Position numbers and translations under genes: made by a program. Source: an uncultured archaeon (GTDB lineage: Archaea; Asgardarchaeota; Jordiarchaeia; Jordiarchaeales; Jordiarchaeaceae). Taken from it: DNA of 8,048 bases. Location of the stretch: the NCBI GenBank assembly GCA_964510585.1, contig CAZECW010000095.1, positions 1-8,048 on the forward strand, written 5' to 3'. The notes under the pieces were generated by a model. That model saw only the letters and a program-made list of their open reading frames with translations. It made no database searches and was not told the DNA's origin. This document shows positions 1 to 6,517 of the stretch, piece by piece (within the stretch, counting starts at the first letter, position 1; every line of letters starts with the position of its first letter).

Positions 1-1
1 C

Positions 2-466
2 AGTCATGAAACTATAGGATTTCTGAAAATCTGCGTGTTCCAACAAGGTTGAAAGAGAGTAAAGAATGATGATTCCATTTGAACCAATCTTATCATACGC
101 ATTTACAATAACGGATAAAAGTTTAGAAATATTAGTTAGGCTCTCCACAGAGAACTCGTTACGGCTCCTCTGGGGATAAATGTACCAAAAGGTGAAGCCA
201 TCCACAAACTGAAAAAGGTTTTCCTCCTCAAAAGGCTCCACATCCCAGTTGAACTCCTTCATACGCAACTTAATATTATCCGGTGAACCATCCAGAGTGA
301 CATAGACAACAGGCCTTTTTGCCAAAGCGGACATATAAGCGACTTGATTGATGAAAACCGTTTTCCCCACCTTAGGGGGACCTAAAACCAAATAGTTTCC
401 AGACGGCATCTCCCCCCCAATCCAAGCATCAAAATCATTTATCCACGTTTTATACTTATAAATCAT
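2..466 (-). CDS. RAD55/KaiC-like (RecA-superfamily) P-loop protein, N-terminal 155 aa; runs off the left edge
   Basis: Not in the ORF track; translated by hand. ATG at 466 with SD GAGGTG at 478-473. Translation: MIYKYKTWINDFDAWIGGEMPSGNYLVLGPPKVGKTVFINQVAYMSALAKRPVVYVTLDGSPDNIKLRMKEFNWDVEPFEEENLFQFVDGFTFWYIYPQRSRNEFSVESLTNISKLLSVIVNAYDKIGSNGIIILYSLSTLLEHADFQKSYSFMT, open to the edge. It has the family N-terminal pattern (T-x-I-x-x-F-D-x-x-I-GG), Walker A GPPKVGKT, VVYVT and the F-x-WD ... F-V-D segment typical of archaeal KaiC/RAD55 proteins. Confidence 0.9.
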   Translation of the reverse strand, partial: MIYKYKTWINDFDAWIGGEMPSGNYLVLGPPKVGKTVFINQVAYMSALAKRPVVYVTLDGSPDNIKLRMKEFNWDVEPFEEENLFQFVDGFTFWYIYPQRSRNEFSVESLTNISKLLSVIVNAYDKIGSNGIIILYSLSTLLEHADFQKSYSFMT

Positions 467-509
467 AATCCGCACCTCGAACCAGAACATAGTTCCAACA
501 ACCATGAAG

Positions 510-663
510 AAAAATTCAGAAAAATAATGCAGTTCCAACGACAAAATTTAAAAATGCTAATGGTTTTTATTGTTTCAGTTTCTCTTATTAAAAATTTTCT
601 ATCAGGAGTATCGCGCAGCATAATTTCTATTTTTCAATTTTTTGTGGGTTTTTCTGAATTTTT
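510..663. repeat. 15-bp perfect inverted repeat pair with imperfect nested inverted similarity
   Basis: AAAAATTCAGAAAAA (510-524) and TTTTTCTGAATTTTT (649-663) are exact reverse complements 124 nt apart. Inside them, ACAAAATTTAAAAAT (541-555) imperfectly complements ATTTTTCAATTTTTTGT (629-645). Confidence 0.55.
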
Positions 664-682
664 TGCAACTTTACAGTGTTAA

Positions 683-715
683 TTTATAAAATTTTCAGAA
701 TATTGATGTAATATT
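683..715. promoter_or_regulatory. Candidate TATA box followed by a partial copy of the 5016-5029 palindrome
   Basis: TTTATAAA at 683-690 (self-complementary, so its direction is ambiguous) and ATGTAATATT at 706-715, identical to the first 10 nt of ATGTAATATTACAT at 5016-5029. Confidence 0.3.
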
Positions 716-998
716 TTGGAATAAACTAGAATTATGCAAAAGTATGGAAACAGCGATTATTAATAAGGTTGTTATTCAATGTTCAGCGAAGGAAAAACAT
801 TTTTGACTTGGAACGATAAGCTTACTCCACAAAATAGAGGAAATAGACAAACTGGACACTCTTTATACCTCGCAAACCGCCCCCCACCCCCGGGTCTTTT
901 CGGATCATTTACTTTTCACTTCTCTGAGTTGGTTGTGCCAATTCTTCTTGCTCGCAAAAAACTTCATTTTCATTATTTTTCAAGAAACTTTTCTCTGC

Positions 999-1018
999 TA
1001 TGAAACCATGTTTTCATA
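999..1018. promoter_or_regulatory. 20-bp near-perfect palindrome, possible protein-binding site
   Basis: TATGAAACCATGTTTTCATA; 9 of 10 symmetric pairs are complementary; lies in non-coding DNA. Confidence 0.35.
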
Positions 1019-1128
1019 CTTTACCTGTAACAAGTGAAAGCATTTTTGGGTTGTGTGGAAGGCGCTGCTTATGTAGGTTTTTATTTTTGGTTGCCTGATT
1101 TTTTGGGTGGGTTGTCGTGTAGTGCAGT

Positions 1129-1161
1129 CCGGAATTTCCGGTTGTTCCTTCACCTGAAGGA
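1129..1161. repeat. Two adjacent short palindromes
   Basis: CCGGAA-T-TTCCGG (1129-1141) and TCCTTCA-CC-TGAAGGA (1146-1161), followed by a T run. Confidence 0.35.
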
Positions 1162-1348
1162 TTTTTTCGTGGAAGTTTCATAAATTTTGTTTTTCGCTGT
1201 ATCTATTACCAACCCCAAGTGTATTTAGAATTGGACTAAATTTCTGCCGCAGTAACACTTTAGGAATAATTTAGATGTTGCGCTTCTGTTTGGGTGTGTT
1301 TTTCGTAGGGCTGTCTGTTTTTTGGTGGTTGTTTTTTTCTGATTTTGT

Positions 1349-3010
1349 TCAGGTTGTTGGTGTTGGGTTTTTGTTCTGGGATTCAAATAGTGCTTTGACG
1401 TCTTCGGGTGTAACTAGGTTTTTTAAGCCCGCCTTTTTTGCAAGTTTAACTGTTTCTGGGGGTTCGAATCCCGTGTACTCTTCTATTTTGTAGAAGGAGT
1501 CCCTGGCATTCTCTATGCATATAGTTTTACCATTCTGCAGTACGATTACTCTATCGGCGCATTTGGCGGCGAATCTCAAATTGTGAGTTATAAGGAGTAC
1601 CGTTATTCCCCTGTCTCTAAGCTTTATGACTGTTTCCAGTAATTTTTTTAGGTGATATCCGTCTTGCCCAGTGGTTGGTTCGTCAAGGATTAGAATGTCT
1701 GGTTCCTCTGCTAGTAATGATGCTACTGCTACTCTCTGCTTTTCTCCTTGACTGAGGGAGTGGGGGTGCCTGCTAGCAAGCTTGTTGAGATTCATCAGGT
1801 CCAGGATTTCATTTACTCTCATTTTTATTTCTTCGGAACCGGCTTTCTTTCTTCTGGTTCTGATTTGGAACGCCACTTCGTTGAAAACTGAGTTGTTAAA
1901 GAGTTGAACTTCGAAATTTTGGAAAACCATTCCCCCCTTTATTCCGGGTGCCCTTTCTATGTGTCCCCTTTTTTGTTTTATGAGTCCAACTACCAGTTTT
2001 GCGAGGGTGGTTTTACCTGAACCATTATTCCCTACAACTGCAACTATTTCACCCCTGTACAGCTTCAACTTATCTACTGTGAGTGCAAATCCGTTACCGT
2101 ACCTGTAAAAAACATTTTTAAATTCAATGAGAATTTCTTTCTGCCCTCTGTTAAATCTGTAGGGCGGCACGGTTTCCCTCAGCTCCAACAGTTTCTGGAG
2201 GGCTTGGTCTCTTAGACAATTTAGGTCTCCATTTGAGGGGCTTATTTTAAGGGCTTTCCCTATTTCCACAATTTCCGGAGGCTGGACACTTAAATTCTCC
2301 AACAAGTCTGATTTCTGCGTGATGATTTCTCTTGAGCCATCCTCAACAATTTCTCCAGAAGCCATTACAATGATTCTGTCTGCCGCCTCAGCAAACCTTT
2401 CAACTCTGTGCTCAATGAGCATAATAGTTGTATTGTACTGCTCCCTAATCTTTTGCAGAATGTCAACCAGCAAAATAGATGCTGAAGGATCCAGGTTAGC
2501 TGCTGGTTCATCCAGTATCAAAACACTGGGAAGCATCGAGAGAGCAGACGCCAAAGCAACTCTTTGCTTCTCCCCTTCTGATAGACTAAAAGTAGCCCTA
2601 TGTCGAAGCTTCTCCATCTCCAAACTGGAGAGAACCCATTCAACCCTTCTCCTAATTTCTTCTCTCGCTATACCCAAATTTTCAGAACCAAAAGCAACCT
2701 CCTCCTCCACAGTTAAAGTGCAAAGCTGAGTGTCCGGGTTTTGAAAAACCATACCCACCTGTTTCGCCATCTCGTAGACCGGAGTGTCTGCAACATTGAG
2801 TCCGTTAACCAGTACCTGCCCTTTAACCACGCCCCCATAGACATGTGGAATCAACCCGTTAAGACATCTTGCGAGTGTTGTTTTACCGCAACCACTCCTC
2901 CCAACTAGTAGAATGAACTCCCCCCTCCTAACCTCTAGATTTATATTGCGGATTACTTCTTTCTCAGAGTTGGAGTAACAATAGCTCAGATTCTTGGTTA
3001 TAATACTCAA
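1349..3010 (-). CDS. ecfA: ECF transporter ATPase with two fused ABC domains (EcfA-EcfA' type), about 553 aa
   Basis: Domain 1: GRSGCGKT, Q-loop FQNPDTQL, signature LSEGEKQR, Walker B LILDEP, H-loop IEHR. Domain 2: GNNGSGKT, FQNFEVQLF, LSQGEKQR, ILILDEPTTGQD, ITHN. Each half ends with an ECF-type PPE helix segment (QPPEIVEIGKAL, EPPETVKLAKKAGL). I prefer the TTG start at 3010 to the track's 3025 because it gives a TTGA overlap with the ecfT stop and has GGGGGT at 3022-3017 as SD. Confidence 0.95.
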   Translation of the reverse strand: MSIITKNLSYCYSNSEKEVIRNINLEVRRGEFILLVGRSGCGKTTLARCLNGLIPHVYGGVVKGQVLVNGLNVADTPVYEMAKQVGMVFQNPDTQLCTLTVEEEVAFGSENLGIAREEIRRRVEWVLSSLEMEKLRHRATFSLSEGEKQRVALASALSMLPSVLILDEPAANLDPSASILLVDILQKIREQYNTTIMLIEHRVERFAEAADRIIVMASGEIVEDGSREIITQKSDLLENLSVQPPEIVEIGKALKISPSNGDLNCLRDQALQKLLELRETVPPYRFNRGQKEILIEFKNVFYRYGNGFALTVDKLKLYRGEIVAVVGNNGSGKTTLAKLVVGLIKQKRGHIERAPGIKGGMVFQNFEVQLFNNSVFNEVAFQIRTRRKKAGSEEIKMRVNEILDLMNLNKLASRHPHSLSQGEKQRVAVASLLAEEPDILILDEPTTGQDGYHLKKLLETVIKLRDRGITVLLITHNLRFAAKCADRVIVLQNGKTICIENARDSFYKIEEYTGFEPPETVKLAKKAGLKNLVTPEDVKALFESQNKNPTPTT

Positions 3011-3780
3011 AACATGTACCCCCAAAACAGCTGCACATCCAGGAAACTAAAGTACGAGAAATCTAAAAGAAACAAGGCTGCAACCGATATGAGGACTATT
3101 GAGGCAAACGCGGCGTCGACCCAGCTAATCTTATACTCATAAAGGCTGGTTCTCCTACCAGGTGCACCGAATCCCCTCGCCTCCATAGCTGATGCAAGAT
3201 CATCTGCGATCTTCATCATGCGTATCATTAAAGGTATCATGAGAGCTCTGAAAAGTATGCGGGGTCTTCTGAGAATACCTTTTATGCCCAACTCCAAACC
3301 TCTCACCTTTAATGAGTCAATCAAATCCTTCGCTTCCTTTACAAAGACGGGAATAAATCTGAGGGTGAGCGTAAGAGTGAAAACCACTGATTTAGGAAAT
3401 CTCAAGCTTTCCAAAGCCTTAGCAAACCGGTTCGGCGGAGTAGTAAAGGCAAAAGCCAAACCAATACCCACCACAGCAGAAACCCTCACAAAAAATTTTC
3501 CAAACTCAAACGGACTACCTATCCCAGTAAAGTAAACAAGGAACAAACTTATAATAGAGAAAACCAACAACAAAAATAGGAAAAATGCAGCCCTCCTAAG
3601 ACACCTTGAAACTGCGAGTATTAAGAGTGGGAGGGCTGCAAGGAGGACAGACGAGCTCAGTGAGCTTAACATAACGCTTGTAACAGTTACTGCCACAATC
3701 GCAAGCAGTTTAACTCTGGGATCAAGCCTGTGAATTACCGTGTTACCCTCTAGGGGCAGAGTAATTCTTGACAGCATCAT
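3007..3780 (-). CDS. ecfT: ECF transporter transmembrane component T (EcfT/CbiQ family), 257 aa
   Basis: N-terminal IHRLDPRVKL, hydrophobic helices, LRFIP, and coupling-helix motifs SLKVRG and AMEARGF. ATGA overlap with the stop of the upstream S component (3777-3780). Confidence 0.95.
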   Translation of the reverse strand: MMLSRITLPLEGNTVIHRLDPRVKLLAIVAVTVTSVMLSSLSSSVLLAALPLLILAVSRCLRRAAFFLFLLLVFSIISLFLVYFTGIGSPFEFGKFFVRVSAVVGIGLAFAFTTPPNRFAKALESLRFPKSVVFTLTLTLRFIPVFVKEAKDLIDSLKVRGLELGIKGILRRPRILFRALMIPLMIRMMKIADDLASAMEARGFGAPGRRTSLYEYKISWVDAAFASIVLISVAALFLLDFSYFSFLDVQLFWGYMF

Positions 3781-4556
3781 TGGTAAACCCCTGCTAGCTT
3801 AAGCTCCCTAGCAATCCTAACTCCAAAGTATCCTCCAAGAACCGCCAAAACAGTGCAAACACCGGAAACCCCCAAGATCAGAGACGGACTTATTATGGCT
3901 TCTAAACCTTGTACACGAAAGCCTAAACTTACAAAAAGAGTCTTAGCAAAATCTACGAATTCCACAGCCACACCGAGATTGGGCATGAGACCCCCTAAAA
4001 CGCCCAGTGTAAGAACTTGACTCAGTAGATTTAGCGCTGACCCTGAAACTCCGCTTAGGGCAAACACATTCACAAGAAATTGCACATACATTAGGCCACC
4101 AGCTATCTGAAAGAGGATAGATGCTCCGCGCATCTGGTAACCGCCAAAGACCAGAGTTAATAGGAGAACCACAATAGTGCTAATTCCTGCTCTGATTCCG
4201 GTGGCGAGGGTGGTCGCCTTCTCACTTGAATAGTCAGTTCTGAATGCTGCTACTGATAGATCAGCCGCAATACCGCCGGAGAGTGTTGCGGGTAGGAGGA
4301 TGGGTACTGCGGGAAAAATTAGGCTGCTAATAAGTCCCCACATGAACATCAGGAAGGTCATGGTTCCAATCTTTCTGATCTTTATGCAGGCCAAAGCAAT
4401 TACCACTCCTGAGAAGAAAGCTGAGGAAATCGATTTGGCTCCTGGGATACTGGTAATAGCTGAACCTGTCATTATGGCAATAAACGAGACTATGTAGATT
4501 AAAACTGTGAATAGAGCCAGGTATACCAACTCTCTAGTTGTGAAGTAACCTTTCAT
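3777..4556 (-). CDS. ECF transporter substrate-binding S component, MptD (Trep_Strep)-like, 259 aa; substrate unknown
   Basis: First gene of the S-T-A operon, with strong SD GGTGGTGA at 4565-4558. Pattern matches MptD-like S components: TRELVYLALF start, KIRKIGTMT after TM2, GGIAADL in TM4, DYSS after TM4 and a C-terminal GGYFGVRIARELKLAGV. Confidence 0.8.
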   Translation of the reverse strand: MKGYFTTRELVYLALFTVLIYIVSFIAIMTGSAITSIPGAKSISSAFFSGVVIALACIKIRKIGTMTFLMFMWGLISSLIFPAVPILLPATLSGGIAADLSVAAFRTDYSSEKATTLATGIRAGISTIVVLLLTLVFGGYQMRGASILFQIAGGLMYVQFLVNVFALSGVSGSALNLLSQVLTLGVLGGLMPNLGVAVEFVDFAKTLFVSLGFRVQGLEAIISPSLILGVSGVCTVLAVLGGYFGVRIARELKLAGVYQ

Positions 4557-4613
4557 TTCACCACCTTAATCCTGTTTTTTGGTATCTTGTTTCTGCTTTT
4601 GTCAGAAGCATTT

Positions 4614-4684
4614 GGTAATACTTTTTTTCTAGTTAGTATTACTAATTTTTAGTATTACTCTTTACTAAAAAAGTATTACTCTTT
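4614..4684. promoter_or_regulatory. Array of AGTATTACT operator-like boxes upstream of the ECF operon
   Basis: AGTATTACT at 4635-4643, 4651-4659 and 4672-4680, plus an inverted one-mismatch copy GGTAATACT at 4614-4622. AGTATTACTCTTT repeats exactly at 4651 and 4672 (21-nt period). Also TTAGTA-T-TACTAA at 4633-4645 and TTTTTAGTA-N8-TACTAAAAA at 4646-4671. Confidence 0.7.
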
Positions 4685-4688
4685 TAAA
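4682..4688 (-). promoter_or_regulatory. Candidate TATA box for the ECF operon
   Basis: Reads TTTAAAA on the minus strand, immediately upstream of the operator array and about 125 nt before the S-component ATG. Confidence 0.4.
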
Positions 4689-4996
4689 TCTTACGGTAAA
4701 CTAGGATTTACCTATTGTGTGCATGTTTGGAAAGTGCTAAGCCCCACGATGGGAGCCTGCTCGCAGTTGTTCCGTCAGTGAAGCACGCTGAAAAATACGT
4801 CCATGAAGAAGGGCGTTTGAGACGAAAAATGTACAGCGCACAACAGGTGCCATAGGGTTAACAGTGCCGACAAAAACGTGTACTTCCCGTTTACGGCAAG
4901 AAAAAATCATCATAAAGGAAAGAACTAAATTATGGATAGCTGCTTAAAAAGCCACTAAAACTTTATGGCAGGGTCTCCAAATTATAGTAAGTAATG

Positions 4997-5029
4997 TTTA
5001 TATAAGTATATTCTAATGTAATATTACAT
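4997..5029 (+). promoter_or_regulatory. TATA box plus perfect 14-bp palindromic operator for the surface-protein gene
   Basis: TTTATATA at 4997-5004 and ATGTAAT|ATTACAT at 5016-5029, over the expected transcription start. A purine-rich leader with GGAG precedes ATG 5087. Confidence 0.65.
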
Positions 5030-5086
5030 ATTCTTGAATCACTTTGTAAAGCAAGGAAAGGGAGAAAGCTGAAGGAGAAGAACAAT

Positions 5087-6025
5087 ATGCAAAAAGTTAA
5101 ACTAAGTCTCGCAGCCGCAGTACCGCTAGTTCTAATGATTCTACTAGTCGCAGCCCCCCTCACGTCCACACCAACACTGGCAAATCCCATAAGCGCTCTG
5201 CTAGCAGACCAACCAGGACCCCTAAACACAGGCGACACCTGGACCTACGGAATTTATTATAATTCTACCCACAATTACACAGCGAGGTTAACTGTAGTCG
5301 GCCTGACTACTGTCGAAGACTGGAATGGAACCATGACACAATGCTACAAAATAGAGGGAAAATTTGAGGATCAACCAGAGCTGTTTAACGAGTCCTGGGT
5401 TTCGATATATTACAGGGTCTCCGACCTAAAAATGATAGCACAGGAAGGTTATGAGTTAAAAAACAATAGTGGAACATACTTGGAGCATTACTGGTATGTA
5501 TATACTGATGTCCCTATTGAGAATGGCTATCCGCTAAGTCTAGGAAAAACATGGAATCAAACAATAACAACTAACAGGACGGGATATCTTAAGGAATGGT
5601 CTGGAGGAGGCTGGAGTAACACCACATGGACTCGTTCAAACGCTACTAGTTTCACGGGTTGGCAGTCAGGTGAAGTTCTCAACATATCTACTGTTACTGT
5701 TCTCGCTGGAACCTTCGAAACCTGGTGCATCAACATAACGGCGGGTAAAGATACGGAGACAAAAACATTCATACATTACTTTTCGCCCGGTGTTAAAAAC
5801 AATGTTTTGATAACTAACTCTACCGGTGATTGGCAGTCTTGGTTGGTTAGTTATAATGTTGGTCTACACATTGAGGATATAGTGCGGATTTTGATTTGGT
5901 CGCAGGCGCTTCAGCAGATAACGTCTCCACTTGCGGGTAGTAAACTGTTTCTTTGGACGGGAGCTGGTGCCGCTGCTGTGATACTGATTGCAGTAGGAAT
6001 CTTCCTCTGGTTGAGGAGAAGATAA
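5087..6025 (+). CDS. Secreted, C-terminally membrane-anchored, probably N-glycosylated beta-rich surface protein (resembles TapB/DUF3108-like domains), 312 aa
   Basis: Signal peptide MQKVKLSLAAAVPLVLMILLVAAP; C-terminal TM LFLWTGAGAAAVILIAVGIFLWL followed by RRR. Motifs GDTWTY, YPLSLGKTW, TVTVLAGTFETW and YFSPGV recall the GxxWxY / PLxxGxxW / VxVPAGTF / YxPxVG family. 12 N-X-S/T sequons among 19 Asn. Confidence 0.85.
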   Translation: MQKVKLSLAAAVPLVLMILLVAAPLTSTPTLANPISALLADQPGPLNTGDTWTYGIYYNSTHNYTARLTVVGLTTVEDWNGTMTQCYKIEGKFEDQPELFNESWVSIYYRVSDLKMIAQEGYELKNNSGTYLEHYWYVYTDVPIENGYPLSLGKTWNQTITTNRTGYLKEWSGGGWSNTTWTRSNATSFTGWQSGEVLNISTVTVLAGTFETWCINITAGKDTETKTFIHYFSPGVKNNVLITNSTGDWQSWLVSYNVGLHIEDIVRILIWSQALQQITSPLAGSKLFLWTGAGAAAVILIAVGIFLWLRRR

Positions 6026-6047
6026 TTCCTCACAGTCCCCCCTCCTC

Positions 6048-6073
6048 TTTTTCTTTTTGCAACTTTTTGTTTA
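6048..6073 (+). terminator. Archaeal oligo-T terminator region
   Basis: Three T5 runs (6048-6052, 6054-6058, 6064-6068) in a pyrimidine tract starting about 22 nt after the stop codon. Confidence 0.6.
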
Positions 6074-6407
6074 TTGTGCGGTTCTACTTGAAGATATGAG
6101 GTGGCTTGTTCTGCTTTTTGGTGTAAGTTGCGTTGAGTTCCGTGAAAGGATGTCTATGTTTCTTCTGTAAAATTAAAAGAATTGGGAGCGGCTAAATCCA
6201 TGCTTTATTAGTCGTTATCCTTATGGTCGCTCATCTTCTTTAGGAATTCTTCTTGGCAGCTTAGTTTCTCCTCTTAAGTTGGTAGTTTCATCGCTTTATT
6301 CGGTTTCTGTTTGGCGGTGTGCTTTATGTTTGTTTTGTGGAGAATCCTGCGGCTGAAAAAAAGGTTATCTTGAGATTTTCTTACGCCCTAAATGTGGAAC
6401 GTTGGGG

Positions 6408-6427
6408 GACAAATAGATCTCTTTGTC
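6408..6427. promoter_or_regulatory. 20-bp near-perfect palindrome in intergenic DNA
   Basis: GACAAA-T-AGATCT-C-TTTGTC; 9 of 10 symmetric pairs are complementary. Confidence 0.35.
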
Positions 6428-6491
6428 TAAAAAGGTATGGGTTGGGACTTAGGGGGATTGATCTGTAGGATTTGTATGTTTCCTCTCATTC

Positions 6492-6517
6492 AAAAAAAGG
6501 GGTGAGTGTCCCTTTTT
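6492..6517. terminator. Hairpin flanked by A and T runs (bidirectional terminator-like)
   Basis: AAAAAGGG (6494-6501), 8-nt loop, CCCTTTTT (6510-6517). Confidence 0.35.

Noticed and set aside
37-539. GTTCCAAC occurring three times (37-44, 492-499, 532-539), resembling the start of some CRISPR repeats
   Set aside because: Only 8-9 nt match, one copy is inside coding sequence, and flanks do not extend into a repeat.
878-894. C-rich tract (G-rich on minus) as a possible G-quadruplex
   Set aside because: Lacks four separate runs of three or more G; at best a weak two-tier structure.
779-1003. 74-aa + strand ORF from the track
   Set aside because: No SD, no recognisable motif, and composition (PPPPG, Phe-rich tail) mirrors local homopolymer runs. 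Probably spurious, though not disproved.
1015-1182. 55-aa minus-strand ORF MKLPRKNPSGEG...
   Set aside because: Lys/Asn/Thr/Pro/His/Gln composition is what an A+C-rich strand gives by chance; no clear SD or motif.
1275-1493. 72-aa hydrophobic + strand ORF
   Set aside because: Antisense to the ATPase 3' end; its Phe/Val/Gly/Trp content follows from the extreme G+T skew.
2319-4497. ORFs 2319-2729, 3218-3535 and 4300-4497 (+)
   Set aside because: Antisense shadows fully inside well-supported ECF genes, with no independent motifs.
4614-4684. CRISPR-like or mobile-element interpretation of the short repeats
   Set aside because: Units are 9-13 nt with 7-12 nt gaps, far too short for repeat-spacer arrays; no cas or transposase gene in the window.
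4557-4980. Riboswitch (TPP, cobalamin, FMN) upstream of the ECF operon
   Set aside because: I could not find the conserved cores of these riboswitches on the minus strand by eye. An Infernal/Rfam scan would be decisive.
4963-5772. ORFs 4963-5238 and 5557-5772 (-)
   Set aside because: Antisense to the surface-protein gene and its promoter; no family signal.
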